IMG/VR virus record: IMGVR_UViG_3300045988_060255
DNA: 64,000 nucleotides
Strand: one strand, 5' to 3'
Origin: a virus
Shown: positions 17,801-25,135 of the stretch, one piece after another
Layout of the letters: each line of letters opens with the position of its first letter
Numbering within the stretch: the stretch's first letter is position 1
Position numbers and translations under genes: made by a program
The notes under the pieces: generated by a model
Database searches by the model: none
What the model saw: only the letters and a program-made list of their open reading frames with translations
What the model was told of the DNA's origin: nothing

Positions 17801-20800
17801 TCCAGTGCATCATTGAGGATTCCTGCGTCAATTGCAGATGTGTCAATTTTTGGCGCTTTAATTTTAGAATTTGCAAGGTCAGACAGAGAACTATCGTCTT
17901 TGCTCATAATTTCAAGTTCATCATAGGATGCGAGGAACTGTTTTAATTTTTTTGCGCTCTTAGTCGCATCTTTCAGATTGTTATTTGTATCTTTTGTAGC
18001 ATCATCTACGTCCGAAATTCCAGAATCGTCTATGGAATCAAGTGCATTCGAGAGATTTTCACTTCCGCCACCGATAGAACCGAACATTTTTCCGATTTTG
18101 GTATCAACTCCAAGAAGCGAACCAATGTATGTCAAAAGTCTCTGGAATGCGATTACAAGACCATTGATATATGGCAACACTGCCGCAACTACAGGCATAA
18201 AGATGTTCCCTAATGCTCTGGCACAGGATACTAAGTTTGCACGAAGTATACGTAACTGGTTGGCTGGCATATTTATCGTATTTGCCATATCCGCCCATGC
18301 GTACCGGGTGGAATCCAGTATCACTATTGTTCTCAGCATTGCCTTGCTTGCTTGGTCCATATTAGAAACAGACGTTTGTATACCAAGATTTGCCGCATAT
18401 TGCTGTAAGTTTGCCACACGAATGTTTGCACCATATTTGTCTACAGCACGGCTCATACCTACTAATCCAGAGGACAAGTTCTCATAAACTGTGCTAAAAT
18501 CAAGATTCTTAACAGATGCAAGGTCAGCACCGATCATGGTTAATGCATTCGACAGTTTTAATGCCTGCTCAGAAGTCGTTCCCATAGATGATGATAACTG
18601 CGCAAACTGTCCTTGATAATTCAAGAGCATGGACGGATCCATACCGAGTGATTTACCTGATTTATTTGCGGTCAAAATCGCATTATCAGAAACATCGAAC
18701 CCAGACATTTTGGATGTAAGTTCTCTAGCTCTATTACTAAATGAATTTGCGTAAGCTTCCGCAGAATCATACCCTGCTTCTGACCAAGTCTCTCCCGTTT
18801 TATCCGCTACCTGGCGGAATGCTGCTTGAAAGTAGTTGTAATCTTCGAGAAAATTCATGGAACTTTCAATTGCGCTTCCAAATTTTCCAACAACAAATTT
18901 CAACGTCCAGAATTTTGCCACCAGAGACATGATGCTAGGCAAACTTTTCTTTGCCTTGCTTCCTACACTTCCAACGGCGTTTGCAAGTTTTCTGACCTTT
19001 CCTGTAGAAGTACCCGCACCCTGTCCTAATCTGGAAAATGCGCCTGCGGTAGACCTTGCCGCTCTACCAGCATTTGCCCCAGAATTTGCCAACTGAGCAA
19101 TGGCCTGCGTCATTTGAATTGTACTGCTACTGATTCTAGGAGCGGTACTCATCGTCTGGAAGAATGATTTTAAGCTATTTGCCAGATCATTAAGCTGAGT
19201 TGCTGTCTTTCCAGTTTTATCACCTGCATTTGCCAACTGAGATATTGACTGAACAAATGTATTAATTGGCTGAGAAATATTGCCTATTTCAGAGAATGAG
19301 CCTACGATTTTTTCAAGTTCTTCACCAAGTTTCGGGAGCTTTGATGCAACTGCATCAATAGAACCACCGGCATTCGCTAATCTTGACAGTGAAGAAACAA
19401 ACCGGTTCACATTGTTTGATACATCTGGAATACTGCTAAGACCAGATAATTCGGAAATCATGTTCTGAATCTTTCCAGACACATCACCTGTGGAATTTAT
19501 TGTTTCGTTCAGTCTGCGGATTGCATTTACGAATGAGTTTAATCCGCTGTCTTTCAGATTAAGACTTCCAAGCGTGCTCATGGACTGAGTGAACTGCTGT
19601 AACTGGCTATTTACTGTCGATAAATCCAGACCGTTCAATTTTGCTTCTATATTGTTCTTGAGCTCATCCGTATTAATTGAGAGATTTACTTTTACCGGGT
19701 CATAGGTAAGCGTGGATGCCTTGTTGATGGCATTTCTAATATCTCTGGCAATCTTTTCTTCATTAATCTTTACGTCAATTGGAATCTGACCGTTTGCAGA
19801 CTCCATGGCAGACGCAATATTTCTTTGAATTGAGGCACCGAGTTGCGTGCCTAACTCATTTACCGAGCTGTATACCCTGTCCGATGCCATTGCTGCATCT
19901 GAACCAGACAAAGCCTGAATTGATATTGGTTTGATGGAATCCCTTACTTTTTTGAGGTTTTCCAAGACAGTTTTTAACTGTTCCGCATCGTTTACCGTAT
20001 CCTTGGGAATTAATGTAGGAAATTTTTCTGCCAGTTCGCCCCATGCAGAATCGAGGTTAATTCCTTTTGTTGCATCGACGGTAATATTTCCAAGGTGCTG
20101 TTGAAGTAATTCTCTGAACTCGCCTTTTCCAACATTGAATTTAAGCATATCGGAAACATAAATTTTCTTACCTTTAAAATAATTGTAAAAATCCTGCCAT
20201 TCCTGTTCGGCACCGTCCAGATAACTTCCGAGATTGGATTTTACGACTTTCCCGCTCTGCTCAATGCTTTTTGCAATATCATCCAGAGTCTTTCCCCAAT
20301 CACCGGCTGTGAAGTTTTGTCCGTCAAATGAATTTGTAAGCTGCTGTGCCAACAAATCTATCTGTCTTTGAAGTTTGGAAGCGGCACCGCCTTTTAATTC
20401 AAACGCACTTGCAAGCTGTTTGGATAATGCAGATGCGTCTATTCTGGTAGTCTCTATAGATTTCTCAACAGAATATTTCAATTTTTCGGACATATCCGCT
20501 GAATTAATCTCTACATTTACTTTGAGATTCTTGTTTTCAAGATTGCTCAAATTCACTTTACTGAGACGTTCGAGCTGTGCGGCCATGCTATTCAACTTAC
20601 TTGTATCAATACTTTTGATAGATTGCACGGCATAACTGAGAGTACCGATAGATTTAGAAAAATTCCTCATCAAGCCTACGCTTTTGGACATTAAGCTGTC
20701 TAATCGGTCGAATTTATTGCACAAATCATTGATTGATCTTGACGCACTGGAAACGTCACTGCTGACTTGTATCGCCAAGGTATCAATCGTATTGTCCGCC

Positions 20801-20802
20801 AT
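14851..20802 (-). CDS. tail tape measure protein (1983 aa)
   Basis: Size, position after the G/T chaperones, helical repeat-rich sequence with hydrophobic central segments. Confidence 0.9.
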   Translation of the reverse strand: MADNTIDTLAIQVSSDVSSASRSINDLCNKFDRLDSLMSKSVGLMRNFSKSIGTLSYAVQSIKSIDTSKLNSMAAQLERLSKVNLSNLENKNLKVNVEINSADMSEKLKYSVEKSIETTRIDASALSKQLASAFELKGGAASKLQRQIDLLAQQLTNSFDGQNFTAGDWGKTLDDIAKSIEQSGKVVKSNLGSYLDGAEQEWQDFYNYFKGKKIYVSDMLKFNVGKGEFRELLQQHLGNITVDATKGINLDSAWGELAEKFPTLIPKDTVNDAEQLKTVLENLKKVRDSIKPISIQALSGSDAAMASDRVYSSVNELGTQLGASIQRNIASAMESANGQIPIDVKINEEKIARDIRNAINKASTLTYDPVKVNLSINTDELKNNIEAKLNGLDLSTVNSQLQQFTQSMSTLGSLNLKDSGLNSFVNAIRRLNETINSTGDVSGKIQNMISELSGLSSIPDVSNNVNRFVSSLSRLANAGGSIDAVASKLPKLGEELEKIVGSFSEIGNISQPINTFVQSISQLANAGDKTGKTATQLNDLANSLKSFFQTMSTAPRISSSTIQMTQAIAQLANSGANAGRAARSTAGAFSRLGQGAGTSTGKVRKLANAVGSVGSKAKKSLPSIMSLVAKFWTLKFVVGKFGSAIESSMNFLEDYNYFQAAFRQVADKTGETWSEAGYDSAEAYANSFSNRARELTSKMSGFDVSDNAILTANKSGKSLGMDPSMLLNYQGQFAQLSSSMGTTSEQALKLSNALTMIGADLASVKNLDFSTVYENLSSGLVGMSRAVDKYGANIRVANLQQYAANLGIQTSVSNMDQASKAMLRTIVILDSTRYAWADMANTINMPANQLRILRANLVSCARALGNIFMPVVAAVLPYINGLVIAFQRLLTYIGSLLGVDTKIGKMFGSIGGGSENLSNALDSIDDSGISDVDDATKDTNNNLKDATKSAKKLKQFLASYDELEIMSKDDSSLSDLANSKIKAPKIDTSAIDAGILNDALDKLLNEYQKKWDAAYNSMENKAMAFANKVTDTFKKLAKVAEPTTKALKNLWNNGLKQLRDFTWTALKDFWKHFLVPLGKWTLGEKGLPRLINAFNDFLVKINWDKINASLAQLWDVLEPFAENVGTGLLDFFDDFFDKAADGVNKLPDLVDRFKEFIATFSPEQAQSIGYFLGQLLTAFVAFKGLTWFGGIFGKEGVIGKGITMLAAHPYASIAAGLGLTVAALDKFGVIDVDWDGLWTRIGNLKDVIVNFIKNINWDSLIKTIGDVWDVFQPFAEGFADGFISFFDIMLNDIGAPLINALVSALDAFAKALGKLDDKQIEALGEALARFFIIRGSINFARNIYNVVSSIGALRTIFGGLGTVLSTASGALQTFFGSGLGSTLVAGLADSMVVLGTAMAGFNLGKWISVNLFGGEDKTFGEFLEDNVFGYQKGDFTGAINEWMKDIFGVGDKLTEDDLKVFQEYEDAILGLVHASQISGEQAYPLLTFLSELKDNGYSTEQALFELELKLNNLGISSEDFENAIAGVNKPVKDLGDTAETSSNQFSNMADRINNVSFEDISEQLTGFQTLIQTVDFATLVTDTANAIDEMGGIWENGKQILGEKALQIYQEIAKGLEPDDNGYYTLANGQMVQFGKGISDYESTLQSTMDSTLQGAINGVLDNNSGFELVTELGKNQILAVGSGIEQNGSKVTEKLNSTIQSSAKDAEETAKSSGKTLGSNIAEGLQSGINGKKESTKTSILDLMNNSVKAPAQEAVDSHSPSRWFKQLAEYCGQGFRNGLEPGFSASFTWFGRIRSRISNSIGNLYNIGWNSIIGLNNGIVGAAQQLYANVQKIAQNISNTFRKVLKIHSPSQVFEELGGYTMQGFQIGMQNMIPALHSTIGDISTSIQGIQLPQMEANIKAVPTARMYQKPVSANGTFGDDIRREVIAISNNTFDNNQNIAQVIREAVKGMAIYADGHLVGYLQEENEQFRNRNGFGLFER

Positions 20803-20834
20803 ATTCTCACTCCCTTCTCAAAAAATATTTATAG

Positions 20835-20863
20835 TAAAAAAGAGGGGACAAAAATGTCCCCTC
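20835..20863 (-). terminator. intrinsic terminator just upstream of the tape measure gene
   Basis: Minus strand GAGGGGAC-attttt-GTCCCCTC followed by TTTTTT. Confidence 0.75.
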
Positions 20864-20927
20864 CCTCTAGTTTTCTACAGTTTGAGTTTCCCGATTTTAA
20901 ATCGGAAAACATAATTGTCCCGTTTTT

Positions 20928-21278
20928 TTATTTTTTCTTATATTTCTTAGAATCTGCAGCAAGCGCATCAAAATAATTAATTGCTTTTTGCAATTCCTTT
21001 TCTTTTTTCTCTTCTTCTTCCTCTGCGGTGAGCGGGAAGATTCGGAACGGCTTTGCCGGATACTCATATGGTGCTTGACCATTTTTTCTGAACATATTGC
21101 ACACGGTAGCTTTGAGAGCTTCTACAGTGTACACGCCCTGCATATGTTCGTGGAAATTCTTTCTGTCCTCAGAAAACTTATATGCTAAATCGTAGCATTC
21201 CAGCTCTCTGGGTTCAGAGTCCATAAACTCTGCTTTTGAAACTCCGTTATAAATATAGAACGGAAGTAAATCTTCCAT
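20928..21278 (-). CDS. tail assembly chaperone frameshift extension (gpT-like)
   Basis: Its frame is the -1 frame of the upstream gene and stays open back through the slippery site at 21314-21320. Confidence 0.7.
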   Translation of the reverse strand: MEDLLPFYIYNGVSKAEFMDSEPRELECYDLAYKFSEDRKNFHEHMQGVYTVEALKATVCNMFRKNGQAPYEYPAKPFRIFPLTAEEEEEKKEKELQKAINYFDALAADSKKYKKK

Positions 21279-21310
21279 AACATATCGGCTAAATGGTTTC
21301 TGAATTTTTT

Positions 21311-21739
21311 TTACTTTTTGGCTGGATTCTTGTGATCCTGTGGTGCTTTCACTCCATTCTCCATTTCCGGATTCGGATTCTGAAGAATATCGTTTAAAAA
21401 ACCCGCGTTCATAAGCTCATCGGCAAGAATGCCGAACAACTGTAAGAGTCCTCTTGGTTCATCGGTTTCTTCATCTTTGTAATCATCCAGTAAATTTCCA
21501 ATTTCCTGCAATGATTCTGCCGGATTGTATTTTTTAAATCCAACAAAAAGAAGCTCCCTGATTACGCAGAATAAGTCTTTAGTTCTTCCAATTCCGGAAA
21601 CGTCTCCATCTGTTTCGATTTCTGCTGATTTAAAAAGCTTTGCCAAGTCCTGAACTCTTTCCATAAGATCTGTATCGCAGAACGCATTGTAACCAAATTT
21701 GATAATATAATCAGTTCCATTAATTGTTAATTTTGTCAT
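21311..21739 (-). CDS. tail assembly chaperone (gpG-like)
   Basis: Position between the major tail protein and the tape measure. Acidic C-terminus, ends ...PAKK* on C-AAA-AAG. Confidence 0.75.
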   Translation of the reverse strand: MTKLTINGTDYIIKFGYNAFCDTDLMERVQDLAKLFKSAEIETDGDVSGIGRTKDLFCVIRELLFVGFKKYNPAESLQEIGNLLDDYKDEETDEPRGLLQLFGILADELMNAGFLNDILQNPNPEMENGVKAPQDHKNPAKK

Positions 21740-21806
21740 ATTATATGTCCTCCCAAATTAAAATAGAAATTCCCGCCATAGGTTTGACTCAATGGCGGGA
21801 TGTTTA

Positions 21807-22319
21807 TCAGCCCCCGAGTGGAGATGGAAAATCTTCATCAGATGGCTCAATTTTGTCTTCAATCTTGATTTCATCTGAAATTGTTACGTTTGCAGTAACT
21901 TCCCATGCTGCATTTACTTCGGCAGATGGAACGCCAAGTCTTGACGGTACAATCGGAATAAACCAAGCCTTTGTAAGGTCTGGATGATAAATTTCCAGCC
22001 AAGGTCTTTTGCCTTCTGCTTTGTTCTTGTCCCATGTTCCACAGATGTTTTCCCAAGTATCAATGAACACCTGAGACATACCAAATGTAAATCCCATAGC
22101 TCCCGATAAATCGAGAAGTCCCGGAACGGATGTTTTGTATTTTGTTGCGTTCAGAGATGTGGTGTCGATAGTATCAGGTTCCGGGTTCATATCCGGAATG
22201 GATTTTGGTTTCTGTAAATTGTAATATTTTTCTGTTGGGCGTGTGCCCGCTATAGTTTCGAATGCAATCGCGACCTTCATGCCAATGGTACTGAGGTCAA
22301 TCGCTGGTGTTGCTGCCAT
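21807..22319 (-). CDS. major tail protein (170 aa)
   Basis: Position and size. AAAGGAGCC RBS. Confidence 0.7.
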   Translation of the reverse strand: MAATPAIDLSTIGMKVAIAFETIAGTRPTEKYYNLQKPKSIPDMNPEPDTIDTTSLNATKYKTSVPGLLDLSGAMGFTFGMSQVFIDTWENICGTWDKNKAEGKRPWLEIYHPDLTKAWFIPIVPSRLGVPSAEVNAAWEVTANVTISDEIKIEDKIEPSDEDFPSPLGG

Positions 22320-22360
22320 ATTCGGCTCCTTTCTGCTTTTTCAGCTATAAAATCACATTA

Positions 22361-22383
22361 AAAAAGAGCCTTGTCGGCTCTGA
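22361..22383 (-). terminator. intrinsic terminator upstream of the major tail gene
   Basis: Minus strand AGAGCC-gacaa-GGCTCT followed by TTTTTT. Confidence 0.7.
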
Positions 22384-22426
22384 CACGTAACCCTGTGCCC
22401 GGGAGATAAAAGAATCACCGTCCTTT

Positions 22427-22639
22427 CTATTCATCTGTGCCCGTTTTCAGTTCTGGAAGCCCTGCTACAGATGTAAGCAAGGATAAAACACCGGAAAGAA
22501 CGGACGCGGATACAACCATCTTCCAGTCAACGCTTCCAAGGACTGTTGCGGTTCCGATTGTCGCAACTGCTGTCTGAGCAATTGTCTTAACAGCTCTGAT
22601 TCCTGCAGCTTTCAGCCATTGTAATTTATCTTTACTCAT
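22427..22639 (-). CDS. holin (70 aa, LL-H/phi-LC3-like)
   Basis: AAAGGAGAG RBS, ATG 22639. MSKDKLQWLKAAGIRAVKTIAQTAVATIG...VVSASVLSGVLSLLTSVAGLPE. Confidence 0.8.
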   Translation of the reverse strand: MSKDKLQWLKAAGIRAVKTIAQTAVATIGTATVLGSVDWKMVVSASVLSGVLSLLTSVAGLPELKTGTDE

Positions 22640-22680
22640 AGGACACTCTCCTTTCTTTTTGGTATAAAAAATAGAAGCTG

Positions 22681-23088
22681 TTACACTTCCAATAATTGCC
22701 CGGTGTAAATTCTGCTGTACCGGCTTATGATTCGTTTGAAACTCTTTTCGGAGTTTGCAACTTCTTCTGGCCCGTATGTCCGGCGAAACCCCATTGAAAC
22801 CATAGCCTGATGACTTTTGCTGTCGATTTCGTATGCAGTCGATAAAGCCTTTGTCCCAGATGCGTAACTTTCCGTTTGAAATGAAAGAACTGTTGCGCAT
22901 TCGTGACCTTCAAGGCTTGTTGACTGCGTAGGGTTTCCCATCATGAATAATCTGGCGTATTTCGTTTTACCAGATGCTATTGTCTGGCTTTTCTCCATGG
23001 AAAAATTGCCTTTTCCGACTGTTGGTTGAATATCTTTACTCCACCTAGAAAATACTTCTGATACTGGGTTGTTAATCGTGTCTGGCAT
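22681..23088 (-). CDS. tail completion / head-tail joining protein (135 aa)
   Basis: Position upstream of the major tail gene. Confidence 0.5.
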   Translation of the reverse strand: MPDTINNPVSEVFSRWSKDIQPTVGKGNFSMEKSQTIASGKTKYARLFMMGNPTQSTSLEGHECATVLSFQTESYASGTKALSTAYEIDSKSHQAMVSMGFRRTYGPEEVANSEKSFKRIISRYSRIYTGQLLEV

Positions 23089-23108
23089 TTTATATCACCC
23101 CGCCTGTT

Positions 23109-23780
23109 CTAACATATTCTGAGACTGGTCTTAAGGAAATCTCTTATTTGAGAATATCCCCATCCGCAGTCAATCAAACCACTAACAAGCATTTCCTTTG
23201 ACTGGACAGCTTTTAGCTCTTCTTCTGTCAAGAAATCTCTCAGATTATCTTTTGTAGACAGTCCCTTTTCCTCTCGAAGCTGTTTTGCGGTTATTCCAAA
23301 TAAAGTTCGGTACACCATATCCGTATACGTTGAATACGCATGACCATGCATTCTCTCGTTTTCCTGTGATTCTTTAAGCGCATTGGTCAATGCCTGTCTT
23401 ACTGCAATGCCTTTGTCTCGTTCTCTGATTTTTCCCAAAAGAACTTTTTCCATTGCATTGAATTGGCGAATGTATCCTTCTTTGAACTTCATGGCTTTTT
23501 CGCCAGTGTATCCCATAACAAGAAGCGTAAATCCATCTCTCGTCATGCAGTACATAGGTTGTTTTTTATTCTGGATGCTTGTGTATGAGGAAAGCACGAA
23601 ATTGTGCTGTCCGAATTCTTCACTGCATCCTAAATTTCTAATGTCCTGCAATACTCTTTTATGTTCTTTTTCAAAAGTTTCTGCGACATCTAGGCTTGTG
23701 ACAATGCTCGTTTCTACTTTTTTGATAATCATTGTTTCTACTAACATGCTTACATTCTCCTTTTCTATGTTTTTTTGCAT
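23109..23780 (-). CDS. Rha-family phage regulatory protein
   Basis: ATG 23780 (MQKNIEKE...). VTSLDVAETFEKEHKRVLQDIRNL...MTRDGFTLLVMGYTG is the Rha motif. Confidence 0.75.
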   Translation of the reverse strand: MQKNIEKENVSMLVETMIIKKVETSIVTSLDVAETFEKEHKRVLQDIRNLGCSEEFGQHNFVLSSYTSIQNKKQPMYCMTRDGFTLLVMGYTGEKAMKFKEGYIRQFNAMEKVLLGKIRERDKGIAVRQALTNALKESQENERMHGHAYSTYTDMVYRTLFGITAKQLREEKGLSTKDNLRDFLTEEELKAVQSKEMLVSGLIDCGWGYSQIRDFLKTSLRIC

Positions 23781-23874
23781 GAAAAAAGCACCCACCACTC
23801 AGGTAGATGCTTTTATATGTTATAGTATATCAAAGACAGAGGTATTATTCAGTATTATCAGGTATTAACTTTCA
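23776..23874 (-). repeat. late-leader element copy A (AATAC-type decamer repeats, -10-like box, terminator hairpin, ATGCAAAAAA)
   Basis: 23840-23874 is identical to 37950-37984 (35/35). 23776-23792 is identical to 37883-37899 (17/17). Confidence 0.9.
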
Positions 23875-24399
23875 TGATGCAAACACTTCTTTTGCAATTT
23901 TTCTAATACTCTGCATGATTTCTACGCTTGCCTTATAAACTGGCATGGTGGCTTCAGTACCGTAAGAACGTACCCATTCGCCAGAATCGGAATAATAAAC
24001 CCACGATTCATTCTTTCCATTCCCTTGTCCGTATGAACCGATTGTGTAACCAAAATCTTGCCCCTTAGGATGCGGGCTGGTTCCCGCCGGAGTGTTGTAG
24101 TGAATGCCCGACCCGAACTCAATGAATAAAAGGTCAGAGCCTTCACACACAAGCGTCGCCTGAGAATAATCGCCAAAGTTATTGATTCTGATATAGGTGT
24201 TATGGTTTTTATCAGAATCGCCTTGTGCCAATGCTATGTTTTCATCTATGACCGGGATTCCAAGTTCTGCCAGCCTGCGGACAAACTCTTCATTCTTGCT
24301 TGCAAGTGACTTCTGATACGCTCTGAGCTGCTTTATTGTGTCCTGTATAGATTTATGCGACAATTCCATTTTGATAGTCTTATTCGCCATCTGAGCCAT
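23872..24399 (-). CDS. head-tail joining protein (HK97 gp10-like)
   Basis: Position and size; ...LLFIEFGSGIHYN... motif. Confidence 0.55.
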   Translation of the reverse strand: MAQMANKTIKMELSHKSIQDTIKQLRAYQKSLASKNEEFVRRLAELGIPVIDENIALAQGDSDKNHNTYIRINNFGDYSQATLVCEGSDLLFIEFGSGIHYNTPAGTSPHPKGQDFGYTIGSYGQGNGKNESWVYYSDSGEWVRSYGTEATMPVYKASVEIMQSIRKIAKEVFAS

Positions 24400-24778
24400 C
24401 TCCTGTGTACTTAATACCGTATCGTGTCACATTGCCTTTCTGGGTATCAAGAATCTTTTTTAGGCGGTAATCTGGTGGGACTGCAGGCTCTCCATCTTCA
24501 CCTAAAACAAGTTCTCCTGCGTCGGTCAGTTCTGGTTTGCGGTCAATCCAGAATACATCGGCAGTCTGTGGCTTGAAGTTGCGGTCGAAGTTTGTGATAT
24601 ACCTGTCATAATCCGGGATATAACCGGCGGATAATTCCTCTGGCGTTCCGGCAGTCGCAGATACGGAGAGGTGATGTAATTCTGGCTTTTGGTACGTTTT
24701 GATTGTGTCTATCCCGTCAAGTCCTTCAGTCACCCTTGACCAATACACTGTCTGCTTTTGACGTTTCAATCCTCTCAT
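24380..24778 (-). CDS. head-tail adaptor-like protein
   Basis: GAAGGGAGAA RBS, ATG 24778 (MRGLKRQKQTVYW...). Confidence 0.5.
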   Translation of the reverse strand: MRGLKRQKQTVYWSRVTEGLDGIDTIKTYQKPELHHLSVSATAGTPEELSAGYIPDYDRYITNFDRNFKPQTADVFWIDRKPELTDAGELVLGEDGEPAVPPDYRLKKILDTQKGNVTRYGIKYTGDGSDGE

Positions 24779-24811
24779 AACGTTTTCTCCCTTCAAAAAG
24801 AGTCTTTTTAT

Positions 24812-24967
24812 TTATATTGCGTATTTCATATGAGACACTTTTACATCTTCATCAGATACCTTTGCATAGATCATTGTCGTGTTAATGTTGACATGTCCAA
24901 GAATCTTCTGTGCCTCAGTAATCGGCGTACCTCTTTGAAGCATAAGAGTCGCAAGAGCCCTCTTTAG
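24812..24967 (-). pseudogene. tyrosine recombinase C-terminal remnant (51 codons)
   Basis: Reads ...ALATLMLQRGTPITEAQKILGHVNINTTMIYAKVSDEDVK..., i.e. the box II / catalytic Tyr region of phage integrases. No N-terminal part. Begins directly after the stop of the preceding gene. Confidence 0.8.
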
Positions 24968-25132
24968 TTAATTAGTTTCCACTTTCGGTTCTTCTTCCTT
25001 ACTAACATCCATCAACTCATTATACTGTTCCTCAGTAATCCTGCCCGTTGCGAAGAAAATATCAATCTTATTCTTTAAATCATCTGTAAGATCGTTTCTT
25101 TCTTTAAGTTTCAGTAATGTTCTATATAACAT
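24968..25132 (-). CDS. XkdX-like small protein (54 aa)
   Basis: GGAGGT RBS. ...FFATGRITEEQYNELM... resembles the XkdX family that follows PBSX-type fibre genes. Confidence 0.55.
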   Translation of the reverse strand: MLYRTLLKLKERNDLTDDLKNKIDIFFATGRITEEQYNELMDVSKEEEPKVETN

Positions 25133-25135
25133 ATA

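Noticed and set aside
14923-20635. Numerous plus-strand track ORFs (60-236 aa) inside the tape measure, receptor-binding protein, portal, terL and similar genes.
   Set aside because: They are antisense to long, well-supported minus-strand genes, lack RBSs and have low-complexity translations. They are shadow ORFs.
24758-24967. Plus-strand track ORF of 69 aa.
   Set aside because: It is antisense to the integrase remnant and has no RBS.
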